NCBI GenBank assembly: GCA_004298665.1
Contig: SCQY01000092.1
Coordinates: forward strand, 1 to 55,998
Length of the DNA: 55,998 bases
Source of the DNA: a bacterium
GTDB taxonomy: Bacteria > Vulcanimicrobiota > Vulcanimicrobiia > Vulcanimicrobiales > SCRA01
Direction of reading: 5' to 3'
Positions 36,474 through 46,582 of the stretch are shown here, piece after piece. How positions within the stretch are numbered: the stretch's first letter is position 1; every line of letters starts with the position of its first letter. Made by a program: the position numbers and the translations under genes. The notes under the pieces were generated by a model. The model saw only the letters and a program-made list of their open reading frames with translations, searched no databases and had not been told where the DNA came from.

Positions 36474-37685
36474 ATGCCGATCTATCGCGTTACGTCGGTA
36501 ACCGAGCAGGGCATTCCGCAAACGGGTGAGCGATACGCCAGGGACTTGCGCGAGCTCGCCGATCGTGAGCGCGCCGCGCGCCGCCAGCTTGTCGATTGGG
36601 GCACGGTGCGCACGCGCCGAGTGCACGACGGAGCATACGCGCACGAGAAACAGCTCTTCTTTCACCGCTTTGCGCAGGCGATGCGCCACCGAGGGTACGA
36701 TCGGGCAACAACCGCGCAGTACCTTATGGAGGTATTTCCCGAGCGGGACAAGCGCTCACATCAGCTGATGCGAAGCGTGCTTTCGACACTCGCTGAGACA
36801 GAGCTACCACTAGCAATGTCCCAGCATCCACAGCTCTTCACGATCGAGGAGGTCGAGGCGGTCGCTGCGTCACGGAATGTGCGCGAAACGCTCTCGATGT
36901 TGGCACGCACGGCGTACGACCGCCGCTCGCTCACGCGCGAGCTCGCCGCGATTATCACGGTGCCGGCGATCGTCGGGACGAGTCTCGTGTTCATCGGCGC
37001 CTTCGTGCTCTTCTACCTGGTACCGATGCTGGAAAGCAACGTATTCCCCTACACGCAGAACGTGCCAGCATTCTTTCAGTGGCTGAGCGCGGCGCGTGCT
37101 TGGCTGTTCCGCCCCCTCGATCTAGGCCTTGTGGTGCTCGTGCTTGCCGTCTTGTTTGCGGGGGGCATCACCCTGTACCAGGTACCGGCGGTGCAGGTAT
37201 GGCTCGTGGGACAGCTCTACCGGAACTCGCGTGGATACGGTCGGGTCCTGCATGGGTTCGAGCGCCGCCGGATTTACACGGCGTGGATCCAGACGCTCGA
37301 GTCGGAGGGGATCGACGCACTGATCGGGCGGGGAATGCAACTAGCCAACGAGGCTGGCCGCAGGGCGTTCAAGCGCGCCGCCGCGCGAGCTCCCCAGGGG
37401 ATCAATCCACTCACCCGCCTACGGGCCGCCACCCCGTACCTCCCCGCCCAGGAGGTGGGGTTACTGGTGGAGGGGTTCAGTGAGGGTGGAGTGAAGGCTA
37501 CCCGGGAGGTCCTGGAGGAGTTGGTAGCCGAGCTGAACGAGAGCATCCCCTTCGACATCGCTCAAGCAAAGGATGAGATACGGGTCGCCCTCACCGTTGC
37601 GCTGACCTCCATCATCATCACGGGGTTGGTTCTCTTCTCAGGTGCGGTATTCTACACACTGTTTCATTTACGGGCGAAGGGATAG
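36474..37685 (+). CDS. pilC: PilC/GspF inner-membrane platform protein
   Basis: MPIYR..., AMSQHPQLF, three TM segments with LVPML, position after the ATPases. Confidence 0.8.
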   Translation: MPIYRVTSVTEQGIPQTGERYARDLRELADRERAARRQLVDWGTVRTRRVHDGAYAHEKQLFFHRFAQAMRHRGYDRATTAQYLMEVFPERDKRSHQLMRSVLSTLAETELPLAMSQHPQLFTIEEVEAVAASRNVRETLSMLARTAYDRRSLTRELAAIITVPAIVGTSLVFIGAFVLFYLVPMLESNVFPYTQNVPAFFQWLSAARAWLFRPLDLGLVVLVLAVLFAGGITLYQVPAVQVWLVGQLYRNSRGYGRVLHGFERRRIYTAWIQTLESEGIDALIGRGMQLANEAGRRAFKRAAARAPQGINPLTRLRAATPYLPAQEVGLLVEGFSEGGVKATREVLEELVAELNESIPFDIAQAKDEIRVALTVALTSIIITGLVLFSGAVFYTLFHLRAKG

Positions 37686-37688
37686 GAC

Positions 37689-38219
37689 ATGCTAACGCTT
37701 GACCTAGCGATCTACCTGATGGCCATCATACTGCTCTTTAGCTCCACCGGGGGAGCAATCCCCGACGCAATTTCTGAGGTGCAACTGACGCGTGAAGTTA
37801 CCGAGCTGACGAACCTCGGGAATGGCTACGCCAGTCTGTGTAACCATACGAACTTTGTCTGCACAGATGTCTCGAGTGGCCAGCCACTAGCTTCCGGCGC
37901 CGCTCCAATCGAGGCCGGCTTCGTCTCGACCGTACCGACTCCGCCGGTCGGCGCCGGGGCGAAGTACGACATCGTGGTGACTGCGCTTTCGAGCAACTCC
38001 GCGGACAACGCTGTGGTGCCTTACAGCTCGGCGCAAATCGATGGCAGCCACATCCAGAACCTCGAGGCCTATACGGTGACCGCAAACGGCACGGCACCGC
38101 CGACAGTGGCGGATGACGGGACACCCAAGAGTGGGACGCTCTACACCCTAGCGTACGACTCATGCCTGAATGGCGTCATCGCCACCACCGCTACGACTCC
38201 GACGTCGTCATGCTCGTAG
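37689..38219 (+). CDS. Type IV pilin-like protein
   Basis: N-terminal hydrophobic helix (MLTLDLAIYLMAIILLF...IP), amphipathic alpha1-C, two Cys pairs. Confidence 0.6.
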   Translation: MLTLDLAIYLMAIILLFSSTGGAIPDAISEVQLTREVTELTNLGNGYASLCNHTNFVCTDVSSGQPLASGAAPIEAGFVSTVPTPPVGAGAKYDIVVTALSSNSADNAVVPYSSAQIDGSHIQNLEAYTVTANGTAPPTVADDGTPKSGTLYTLAYDSCLNGVIATTATTPTSSCS

Positions 38220-38614
38220 CCTCCCCGTTCGCGCTTGCGGCGCTCGCGCCGCTCGCGGTCGCCGCCGCGGTGAGCGATCTACGCACCCATCGCGTGCCTC
38301 TATCGTGTACGCTTGGCGGGCTGATCTGCAGCGCGGTTATCGGTTGGCAGAGGCATGAACTCGAGCTCTTCGCTGGGCTCGTAGCCGGCCTACTGGCCGC
38401 GTTCTTGAGCATGTTTCTCTTGGGCGGCCGCATCGGCGGCGCTGATATCCTCTGGTCGGGGATTATTGGCGCGGTCGCTCCCGTCGCCGTACTCGTGACC
38501 TGGGTGATGCTCGTGGCTCTCGTTGTGGTGGTCACTCGCCGCGGTCGCCCCGTGGGGCTGCCACTTGTACCTCTACTGGTGCTCGCTGGAACCGTGGGCC
38601 GCCCATGGTGGTAA
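38210..38614 (+). CDS. Prepilin peptidase (A24, short TadV/CpaA-like form)
   Basis: SDLRTHRVP and IGGAD aspartate motifs in a polytopic membrane protein. Confidence 0.8.
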   Translation: MLVASPFALAALAPLAVAAAVSDLRTHRVPLSCTLGGLICSAVIGWQRHELELFAGLVAGLLAAFLSMFLLGGRIGGADILWSGIIGAVAPVAVLVTWVMLVALVVVVTRRGRPVGLPLVPLLVLAGTVGRPWW

Positions 38615-39414
38615 CCGGCATCGATCTGCGCGGAGATCAGGTGGCCTGTGCGGTGATTGACTGTTCCCATGGCCACGCTCGACTGCGTGCGGGGGAGGTG
38701 CTACCAAGTGCGGCGCTTCCTGAACTCGCGATTTCGGGCACCACCATGCTTCTGGCAGAGGCAGAGCCATGCTATCGCGTGCGTCTCCAGTTGCCGCCCG
38801 CAACCAGGCTACCGAGTTACCAGCGCTACGCGGCGATCGCCGCTGCAAGTGCGGACCGGCCCGGTGGCAAGCGTAAGGCTGCAGTCGTCGAGCAGCGTGA
38901 TCGAGAGGTCGTCGTCGGACTCGCCAACCTAGAGGCCATGGGGCCGACGCGTGAACGAGTGGAATCGGCCATCGGAGTCTCGGTTGGTATCGCCGATCCG
39001 GCTGCCGCCTGGATGGCTCTGTGCGCGCTGCGCGGTGGCGGACCCGAGGTAATCGTCGACGATTGGGGTGACCCAGCCCAGGTGATCATCTGCGACCCCA
39101 AGGGGAGCTGGATCTTCTCCGAAGTGGAGTCGATCCCCCGAGGCTCGCTTGGGCAGCGTGCCGCTGCAGTCGCGACCATCCTCCAACAGGGAGTATTGAC
39201 GCGCCGGCCGGTACGCACGATCGGGGTCGCCGGTCGCCTCGTCGACGCCATAGATCTACTGGTCGCAAACCTCGGCGGCGACGTCGAGCAGATCGTACCA
39301 ATACCGCAGGCGCAGCCATGGTGGCCGAGCCTCGGAGCAGCGCTCGTTGCCGTTTCACCCCGACTCGAACACAGCTATGAGGAGCTCCGCAGTGATTCGA
39401 CGACCACGCCGTGA
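38605..39414 (+). CDS. PilM-like protein
   Basis: TGIDL N-terminal actin-fold motif, VIVDDWG, SLGAAL C-terminus; position. Confidence 0.55.
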   Translation: MVVTGIDLRGDQVACAVIDCSHGHARLRAGEVLPSAALPELAISGTTMLLAEAEPCYRVRLQLPPATRLPSYQRYAAIAAASADRPGGKRKAAVVEQRDREVVVGLANLEAMGPTRERVESAIGVSVGIADPAAAWMALCALRGGGPEVIVDDWGDPAQVIICDPKGSWIFSEVESIPRGSLGQRAAAVATILQQGVLTRRPVRTIGVAGRLVDAIDLLVANLGGDVEQIVPIPQAQPWWPSLGAALVAVSPRLEHSYEELRSDSTTTP

Positions 39415-39994
39415 CGGCGCGCGCCGTCTGCGCGCCATGCTCGTCTCCGCAATGCCGGGCATCGTCGGCGGCCTCTTCCTCCTCATCGGCAGTGCTCTCG
39501 CGCGCGCGCATGCAGGCGATCAGCTTTCGATAGCGCGGATTCACGCCGCGCAGGCGCCGGCGCCGTCAACCATCGATATCAGGAAGGCGATCACCGCTGT
39601 AAACACGGCAACGTCGTTGCTTGAGGACGCGATCACTACTCGGGATGCAGCAGTTGCGAGCGTTGCTCGCCTCGACCATCTCGCGGCGAAGCTGCCGATC
39701 GGAGCTCGCCTAGTAAGCTACAATGCCAACGGGTCGGTAACCGTCGAGGCGCTCGATCAGGGACTACTCGGCGAGACCGCCACTCGGTGGGCCGCTCTTG
39801 GTTACACCCTTAGCGTTTCGACGACACAACTCGGCGAGCCAGGGTCCGGCGTAAGCGCACCGATCGAGCCGAATATGCAAGTCACCGTCGCGGATCGTGG
39901 CGTGCCCTCTTCGACACCACACCCATACGCTCCATCGGCGATGCCCACACCCTTGGTGCATCCCGCTCTTCCATTTTCTGGAGTGCAAAGGTGA
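39392..39994 (+). CDS. PilN-like protein
   Basis: Basic N-terminus, single TM, coiled coil, LP.GARLVSY; position. Confidence 0.55.
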   Translation: MIRRPRRDGARRLRAMLVSAMPGIVGGLFLLIGSALARAHAGDQLSIARIHAAQAPAPSTIDIRKAITAVNTATSLLEDAITTRDAAVASVARLDHLAAKLPIGARLVSYNANGSVTVEALDQGLLGETATRWAALGYTLSVSTTQLGEPGSGVSAPIEPNMQVTVADRGVPSSTPHPYAPSAMPTPLVHPALPFSGVQR

Positions 39995-40602
39995 CCGCGC
40001 AGCAGCAGGCGAGATCAATCGCCGGCAATCCGGTATTCGTCGGGTGGTGTATCGGCGTCGCTTTCGCGCTCCTCTGCACGGTCGGAGCTGCTTCAAATTC
40101 TCGTGGGGCCCGTAGTGATCGCGAGGCGGCTGCGGACCTCCTCAATCACCGTCTCGAGGCGGCACAGGAAGTGGGCGTCCTCAATGATGCACGTGAACGC
40201 GCACGCTTGCTGATGCCTCAGCTTGTGCCGCTCTGCGCGTCGGCGCCGCCGGCGATACAAGCGTTGCTGGTCGTGACGGATGGCGCCCCAGGCCTCCAGT
40301 TACGCGTCACCAGCTCCGACACACCGCCAAAGGCGGAAGGAGGAGAGGAGACGGGAGCATTGCTCGTGAGCGCCACCGGAACTGAAGCTGACCTCGCGCG
40401 GTGGCTCATGCGCGTCGACAACAACCCCGATCTGCGCGACAGCATCGCACTGAGGAGCGTCGATCGTCCCGCGCAGAGTCAGGATACGCACGCGCCCGCG
40501 AGCGCGAGCCGGATAAGCGCGAACGTTCAGGTCGCGTCTTATGCAGTGGATTCGGCAATCTGTCGGGAGGTTCGGTCAGTTGCGGAACACGCGGAACACT
40601 AG
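39991..40602 (+). CDS. PilO-like protein
   Basis: Single TM, coiled coil, VSATGTEADLARWLMRVD. Confidence 0.6.
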   Translation: MTAQQQARSIAGNPVFVGWCIGVAFALLCTVGAASNSRGARSDREAAADLLNHRLEAAQEVGVLNDARERARLLMPQLVPLCASAPPAIQALLVVTDGAPGLQLRVTSSDTPPKAEGGEETGALLVSATGTEADLARWLMRVDNNPDLRDSIALRSVDRPAQSQDTHAPASASRISANVQVASYAVDSAICREVRSVAEHAEH

Positions 40603-41221
40603 GACGGCGCGCCTCACGGTCGGCCTCGTTGCTGCGGGCGCTGCTTTTTTCGGCGGCCTCGCGATGGTCGTGGCGCAAGGGAACCCACAGTCAGAGGGCC
40701 TACCCGCCCTTTCCGCGACGCCTCCCCACGCTGCACGCCTGAAAGCCGATGCGCTAGGCGGCGCGGTCTTTGAGCCGCTGGTGACCTTCCACGCCCCGGC
40801 AATACCAGCACAGAAGGGACCATCGAGTTCGAGCCCCGCCGCGGTGAGCGCCGTGAGCCTGTGCATGACTCTCTCTGGACATCCGCCGATCGCCGTGTTC
40901 TCGCTCGGCACAGCATACGAAAGCAAGTTCGAGCAAGAGTCACTCGTCGGCCGGAAGATCCAAACGATTGGCGGCGGCTGGGTTCGCTTCGATGACGGCA
41001 CGATGCTCGTGGAGAGCAACTGTGTGGGCAGCGCCTCGGCCGCAGGGGCGCCAACTCCGCCTACGACGTCGCTCTCCGGCGGGCTGTCACCATCCAGTGA
41101 TGTGAATCCGCCCTTCGGGCCCGGTGGTATCCCGACCCCAGCGCCGGGCCTGCCAGCTGGGGGGTGGCGGATGCAGACTCCCCCACTCTCTCCACCCCCC
41201 GCCCCGGAGGCTACCCCATGA
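40541..41221 (+). CDS. PilP/GspC-like periplasmic protein (start uncertain)
   Basis: TM then a beta domain (LVGRKIQTIGGGWVRF); directly before the secretin. Confidence 0.45.
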   Translation: MQWIRQSVGRFGQLRNTRNTRTARLTVGLVAAGAAFFGGLAMVVAQGNPQSEGLPALSATPPHAARLKADALGGAVFEPLVTFHAPAIPAQKGPSSSSPAAVSAVSLCMTLSGHPPIAVFSLGTAYESKFEQESLVGRKIQTIGGGWVRFDDGTMLVESNCVGSASAAGAPTPPTTSLSGGLSPSSDVNPPFGPGGIPTPAPGLPAGGWRMQTPPLSPPPAPEATP

Positions 41222-41271
41222 GATCCACCGGTTCGACTCGAGGAGTCCCACCAACCCACAAAGGACGTATA

Positions 41272-42747
41272 GTGCGCCACCAACCCCTCCTGATTACTCT
41301 CGCTCTGGCATCGGGTCTCCTCGCCATGGACGTCCTCCCTGGCTCCGCGCAATCCGTGCTCTCTACGAATGGGATCCCACTCTCAGCCGCCCTTTCGGCG
41401 ACGGCGCGCGCGGCAAACGAGCGGTTGTGGATTCTGCCCGGCACACCCAACCCGCCCCAGGTCGGCTCGGTTGTCGGCACGACCCCGCGTGAGGCGCTCG
41501 CTCGTCTGCTCGATCTCAATGGCCTTGTGGCCCGGGAGCACAACGGCGTGCTCGTGGTCGGAACGCCCCTAGCGATGGATGCCCGATTCGGATCCGGAAC
41601 GGCCCACGCGCGGCTCGTTCCGGTCGTGGGGTTGGACCCGCAGGTGGTCGTGCAGACGCTGGCGCCGCAGCTTCCGGCGGGGACCGTCATCCTACCGGAC
41701 ACGGCGCGCCACGCGCTCTACGTGTCGGGAACCACGATGGCGCTGCGCCAGGTGGAGTCTTTTGTGGCGCCGCTCAACCAAAGGCAACCCGACGTCGTTC
41801 GCTATCCGCTCCACAGCAGTGCCGACCCGGCGCAGGTGACAGCGCTCCTCGAGAAGGTCGCGCCGCCGGCAGCCCCTGAATCGGTGGTAGTTGATCCCGC
41901 GGGCGGGGCGGTGCTGGTAGCTGGGCCGCCGGGATATCAGGGCGAAGTCAGCGCAGCCCTGGCGCAGATCGATCGCGATCCAGCGCAGGTGAAGTACCAT
42001 ATCTCGGTCATCGAGGTTGACCCCGTACAGCTCGCCCATAACGTTGGCATCTCCGTCGGGCAGAGCCAGACCCAATATCAGGCGGTCGGGCAGTCTGCGA
42101 TCGGGCAGTTGTCGTCCCCGGCACAGGGCCAAGCGATCTTTGCGTTCCCGTTGAATCACGGGCTCTCGCTCAACGGCGAACTCGACCTTCTTGAGTCGCA
42201 CGGACAAGCGCGGTTCATCCGCGATCAAGACATCACCGTGGTGAACGGTACGCAAGGGGTGGCCGACTTCACGGAACAGCTTCCGTATCAGGTGACCACG
42301 CAGAACGGCTTTTCGGTCACGACTGGTACACAGTACCAGTCCTTCGGATTCACGATTAAGTTGACGCCGCAGATCGGCGATAGCACGATCGGCACCACGG
42401 CCAACGTGGTGTACTCAACGCTTGCTGGCTTTGGCGTCGGCGGTGCACCGATCACCACGACGCGCGGTATGACCACGCGCGTAACGACGACCGACGGTCA
42501 GACCTTTCTCGTCGGCGGACTGAAAGCGGAAGACTTTACGACGACGGCATCAGGGATCCCAATACTCGACAGGCTGCCACTGCTCGGGGCGTTGTTCCGG
42601 CATGCGCACGACCAAGACAATCAGCAGGAGCTCGTGATGGTAATCAGCGCGCAGCGCATTGGGGCGGTTGACGCGATAGATACCTCGCGCTATCCGCACG
42701 TAGCACCCTACGTGTTGGCGTCTCCGCTTCCAGGAGGCAAGAAATGA
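41272..42747 (+). CDS. pilQ: Secretin (PilQ/GspD family)
   Basis: Signal peptide, N-domains, IDRDPAQV, DGQTFLVGGL, GIPILDRLPLLGALFR, ELVMVIS; start 41272 (RBS) or 41218. Confidence 0.9.
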   Translation: MRHQPLLITLALASGLLAMDVLPGSAQSVLSTNGIPLSAALSATARAANERLWILPGTPNPPQVGSVVGTTPREALARLLDLNGLVAREHNGVLVVGTPLAMDARFGSGTAHARLVPVVGLDPQVVVQTLAPQLPAGTVILPDTARHALYVSGTTMALRQVESFVAPLNQRQPDVVRYPLHSSADPAQVTALLEKVAPPAAPESVVVDPAGGAVLVAGPPGYQGEVSAALAQIDRDPAQVKYHISVIEVDPVQLAHNVGISVGQSQTQYQAVGQSAIGQLSSPAQGQAIFAFPLNHGLSLNGELDLLESHGQARFIRDQDITVVNGTQGVADFTEQLPYQVTTQNGFSVTTGTQYQSFGFTIKLTPQIGDSTIGTTANVVYSTLAGFGVGGAPITTTRGMTTRVTTTDGQTFLVGGLKAEDFTTTASGIPILDRLPLLGALFRHAHDQDNQQELVMVISAQRIGAVDAIDTSRYPHVAPYVLASPLPGGKK

Positions 42748-45700
42748 TCATCTACGAGCTCGGTCGCAAGGTGGCGCCGCTGCTCGGCCCGCAGCTCGAG
42801 CGCCGAGGGCCTTTCGCGCCCGGCGACCGCGTGGCCGTGACTGTACCACTTGTAAACGAGCGCCAAGTTCCGCTCGAGCGCGTGCAAGTGCGATTCTGCG
42901 CCGACCATCCTGAGGTGCGGTTTGATCCGGAATCGGTGGACATTCCACTCGTGGGAGGCGGGGAGCAGCTACGCGTAGAGACATCGCTGCTGGTGCCACA
43001 GCTTTCGAGCGCAATCGAGAGCGTACGTGTGTGGGCTGTTCTTCACAACCAGGTAGTCGGATCGCTCGAGACAGCGCATGCTGAGGTACGGATTGAGTCA
43101 CGCGCGGCGCTGCGTGCCGATTGCGACGAGACGGATCTGATCATCACAAACGTCGGTACGGCGGCTGCGCGCGTCCACATCGACGGTGATCGCACGCTGC
43201 CACCGGACTGGACCACTGAACGGATGAATATCCAGCCAGGGGGGGAGCTACGCTTATCGCTGCCCATCGAACCACTCGGGGTGCTGCGTTGCATCGAGGA
43301 GACTAGCGGGGAGCGGACGGTGGTGATCGACCGGCGTTCCGGTGCGCAGCCGCCTCGCCTATCAACACGCGGTGAGGCTCGCGGACCTCAGAGCGGCGTC
43401 CGTGTCGGGGATCTCCTCCCAATCGCGATCGAGGTACTCAATAGCGGAGGACCGGCGTACGACGCCGAGATTACGCTTAACCTTCCGGGCGGAGTGACCC
43501 TACTCTCCGGCTACACCACACGCGACGACGTGCCGCTGCTGGACGAAGACATCGTGCGCCGGGGTCGACAGGTCGATATCCGTCTTGGCTGCATCCAAGC
43601 GCAGGAGCACACTGTCGTGCGCGGCGCGGCGCGGGTCGAGCAGCTAACGACCGAAGCCGATTCGCTCGCGTTTGCTGGTGAGGTACGAGCAGCCGAAACC
43701 AGCGATCAACTCCGCTTCGGTACGCGCGTTTTGCGTGCCCCGGCGCTTTCTGGGCACGGCACCTACTTTGCCCCTCTTCGAGAGGATGAGCAGGGTCTGA
43801 TCCATACGACCCTGACGATCACGAACGCCCACGGCGAGCCTGTCGATGGCGCACTGGCGCTAACCGCTCACGGCGCGCAGATCGAAACCGTCACGCGCGA
43901 GGGACGTTCGCTCGAGCTCGGCGCTGATGCAGTCGATTACGGAACCCTCGTGGAGATCGGATCGATCGCAGCACGCTCGCGCGTAAGTATGACGATCATC
44001 GCCTCGCGGATCCCACTCGCGAGCGACGTTGGCTTCGAGGCGCGCATGGTCGTTGGTGGACGGACGCTCCCCTTAGCTGAAGTGCACCAAGAGCTCGTCG
44101 CAGAGCCGCGCGTGTCACTGACGCTGCGGCCGCAGCGCGAGGCGCGCGTACGCGTCGGGCAACCTTGCCTCCTCGAAGTATCACTGGCCAATCACGGGTC
44201 AGATCCACTTCGGGGCGCGCGCTTGCGTCCCGTCGTCCCAGAAGGCGTACGCATGCGCCTGCCGGTGAAAGAAGAGGGGGGCTGGTATCCCCTCGCGGGA
44301 GCACTCGCGCCGCTCGGCGGCCGCACGGGGTTTCCACTGCTCGTCGAGTTGAGTGAGCCGCCCTATGGCAACGCAATCGAGGTTGCGATCGAAGTCGACA
44401 GCGACAACGCGCCTTTGGTTCGCAGCGAGGCCGTCGTAATCGCAACGCCGTCGTCACCGACCCTGATTCTCTCCGAGCCCGAGCTACGGGAGGTTGGCAA
44501 GCGTGGCCTAGTGGAGGTCCGGGTACGCGTGGCGAACCGTTCCGACGGCGTAGCTCGCGATGTCTGGCTCGCCGTCAGAGCAGAGGATCGCCCGGTGCCA
44601 TTCACCGCGACGCTCGATGCGCACTCCGTTGACGAGCGCGGCCGAGGCGGCTCAATGCTGTCGGAAGGGATGCCGCTGGGGGATCTGCCCCCGGGAACGC
44701 AACGTGACGTCGCGTGGTATGCGGCGCCAAGCGGGCCTTCGTACTATACTAAAATCACCGTTCGTGGTGAGCCCGGGATTCAGCGCGTCGTAGACGGCGG
44801 CATCGAGCTGGCCGATCAGGCGTGGTTCACAAGCGAGCCGCTTCCCGCGCGGCCGATCGACGAGAACGTACCCATCGCTGGGGTAACGGCTGCCGCACCT
44901 GATCCATTCCAAAAGGCGCTGGATCAAAGCCCGGACCGGGCTCTGGAAACGGCAGACGAACGACGAGCGCTCGGTTCTGGCGAAGAAGCGGGCACTCGAG
45001 CAGAAGCCGATGCCCTTGCGCCTACGCGAGGTATCGAGCCGTCCGCCCCCGCGCTGACAATGGGCTCGCCGAGCTTGTCGACGGAGGAGCCTGCGCAACC
45101 TCTTGCGCGGCCGATCGACGAGGCTCTCACTGTGGCACAGCACTCGTCCAGTCCAGTTGATACCCTCGTGGCATTCTTCGATAAGGTCGGGATGCCGAGT
45201 GGGGAGCCCTCACAGACCGACGAAGCCGCGGGCGAAGTATCTTCAGTCGCGTCTGAGGAGACGACGCATGACACAGATGTAGCAGCAGCTCCGGCAACGC
45301 AAATCGCGGAGTCGGGAGCCGAGGCAACGGCGCATCGCGAGGTGGAAGAATCGGCGCCGCTAGAGGACTCCGACCTGGAGGACGGAGAGAGTCCAGCGAC
45401 TCCACCACCACCAGAGCTCGCGCCGATCGATCCTGTCGTGGAGCGGCCGGACGCCTTCGGCCTGTCCTTCGGATTTTCGATTGTTGAGATGGTGCGTGGC
45501 ACGGTTCCGTCCGATATCTGGAGGACCGCGCTTGCGCAGGCGGTGGTGCTGCGTCTACTCGGACCTCGTGAGCCCGCGGTACTCGCGCGTCGCGACACCG
45601 TAGTTCAGTATGCGCCGCAGCTTCTCAGTGAGGGCATCACCGATGGAGAAGTGCGAGCCTGGTTCGCGCGGATATTGGCTGGGTGGTGTGGGGGAGAGCT

Positions 45701-45911
45701 AGGGCCACGAGCAGACGAAGCCGCCCTAGCGGCCCTACAAGGTTACACCGTCCCGAGTCCCTATGTCGGGGCATTCGACGACTACCTAGCGGAGCTTGAG
45801 GACACCTACCCGCTGCGCACACCAGGAGCCTATCTTGATGCGCTCGAGAGCGCGAGCGTACCCGGAGTCGTCGATGCACTCGCACAGCTCGTAAAGGCGG
45901 TCAGGCCATGA
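42744..45911 (+). CDS. Large protein with repeated Ig-like (DUF11/CARDB-like) modules and an acidic linker
   Basis: Repeated V.vGD..i.i.v.N.G..A....l.lP.G motifs; no signal peptide. Confidence 0.65.
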   Translation: MIIYELGRKVAPLLGPQLERRGPFAPGDRVAVTVPLVNERQVPLERVQVRFCADHPEVRFDPESVDIPLVGGGEQLRVETSLLVPQLSSAIESVRVWAVLHNQVVGSLETAHAEVRIESRAALRADCDETDLIITNVGTAAARVHIDGDRTLPPDWTTERMNIQPGGELRLSLPIEPLGVLRCIEETSGERTVVIDRRSGAQPPRLSTRGEARGPQSGVRVGDLLPIAIEVLNSGGPAYDAEITLNLPGGVTLLSGYTTRDDVPLLDEDIVRRGRQVDIRLGCIQAQEHTVVRGAARVEQLTTEADSLAFAGEVRAAETSDQLRFGTRVLRAPALSGHGTYFAPLREDEQGLIHTTLTITNAHGEPVDGALALTAHGAQIETVTREGRSLELGADAVDYGTLVEIGSIAARSRVSMTIIASRIPLASDVGFEARMVVGGRTLPLAEVHQELVAEPRVSLTLRPQREARVRVGQPCLLEVSLANHGSDPLRGARLRPVVPEGVRMRLPVKEEGGWYPLAGALAPLGGRTGFPLLVELSEPPYGNAIEVAIEVDSDNAPLVRSEAVVIATPSSPTLILSEPELREVGKRGLVEVRVRVANRSDGVARDVWLAVRAEDRPVPFTATLDAHSVDERGRGGSMLSEGMPLGDLPPGTQRDVAWYAAPSGPSYYTKITVRGEPGIQRVVDGGIELADQAWFTSEPLPARPIDENVPIAGVTAAAPDPFQKALDQSPDRALETADERRALGSGEEAGTRAEADALAPTRGIEPSAPALTMGSPSLSTEEPAQPLARPIDEALTVAQHSSSPVDTLVAFFDKVGMPSGEPSQTDEAAGEVSSVASEETTHDTDVAAAPATQIAESGAEATAHREVEESAPLEDSDLEDGESPATPPPPELAPIDPVVERPDAFGLSFGFSIVEMVRGTVPSDIWRTALAQAVVLRLLGPREPAVLARRDTVVQYAPQLLSEGITDGEVRAWFARILAGWCGGELGPRADEAALAALQGYTVPSPYVGAFDDYLAELEDTYPLRTPGAYLDALESASVPGVVDALAQLVKAVRP

Positions 45912-46582
45912 TCGCGCTGGCCATCATGGCTGTGAGTGCAGCGGCTTTTACTGCGGTCCTTAGCCGCCTGCTGCTCGCCGAGCCGCGCGTGACGGAGCTT
46001 GAGATCCCGGACGTGATCTCGCCGCTCGCACGTCGTGTCGCGCTGTCCCCATCGTCGCAGCCGCGGCAGCACGGGGTGCGCCGCAGCGTCGCACTGCGCC
46101 TCCCGCACCTGCATGTTCCTACCCTCCGACTCCCCCGGTTGCCACGGTGGCATGTACCGAAGCAAGCGTTTCGTCTGCATATCACCTGGCGCTGGCCGCA
46201 GGTACGCGTCCCGAAGCTTGCATTCCGCCTACCGGCGCGCGGTCGGGTGATCTCGCCTCCGCAGCCGGCGGCAGTTGTGCCCGCTCCTGAACCCGCTCCG
46301 GCGGCCGCTGCGCCACAGATCCCGGCGTGGCTTGCGGATCTCGACGTACAGGAGGTTCCGCCCGTTGATCGGCGGGTGTGGCTCTGCTGGCTGCACGTAA
46401 GCGCGTATGTCGGCGAACGCCGCGAGGCCTTTCTGACGCTCGTCGAGGAGAGCGACCCCGAACTCATCAGTGTTGCGCGTCTTGCGCGCCAAACGGACAG
46501 ACCGCTCGTCATTTACACCTTGGAGGAGGCGCAACGGTGGAGTCAGCAGATCGGGACGCAGAGCAGCTCCTCTGCCGCATAG
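45908..46582 (+). CDS. Membrane-anchored hypothetical protein with Pro/Arg repeats
   Basis: N-terminal TM; LP.L.VP repeats; ATGA coupling. Confidence 0.55.
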   Translation: MIALAIMAVSAAAFTAVLSRLLLAEPRVTELEIPDVISPLARRVALSPSSQPRQHGVRRSVALRLPHLHVPTLRLPRLPRWHVPKQAFRLHITWRWPQVRVPKLAFRLPARGRVISPPQPAAVVPAPEPAPAAAAPQIPAWLADLDVQEVPPVDRRVWLCWLHVSAYVGERREAFLTLVEESDPELISVARLARQTDRPLVIYTLEEAQRWSQQIGTQSSSSAA

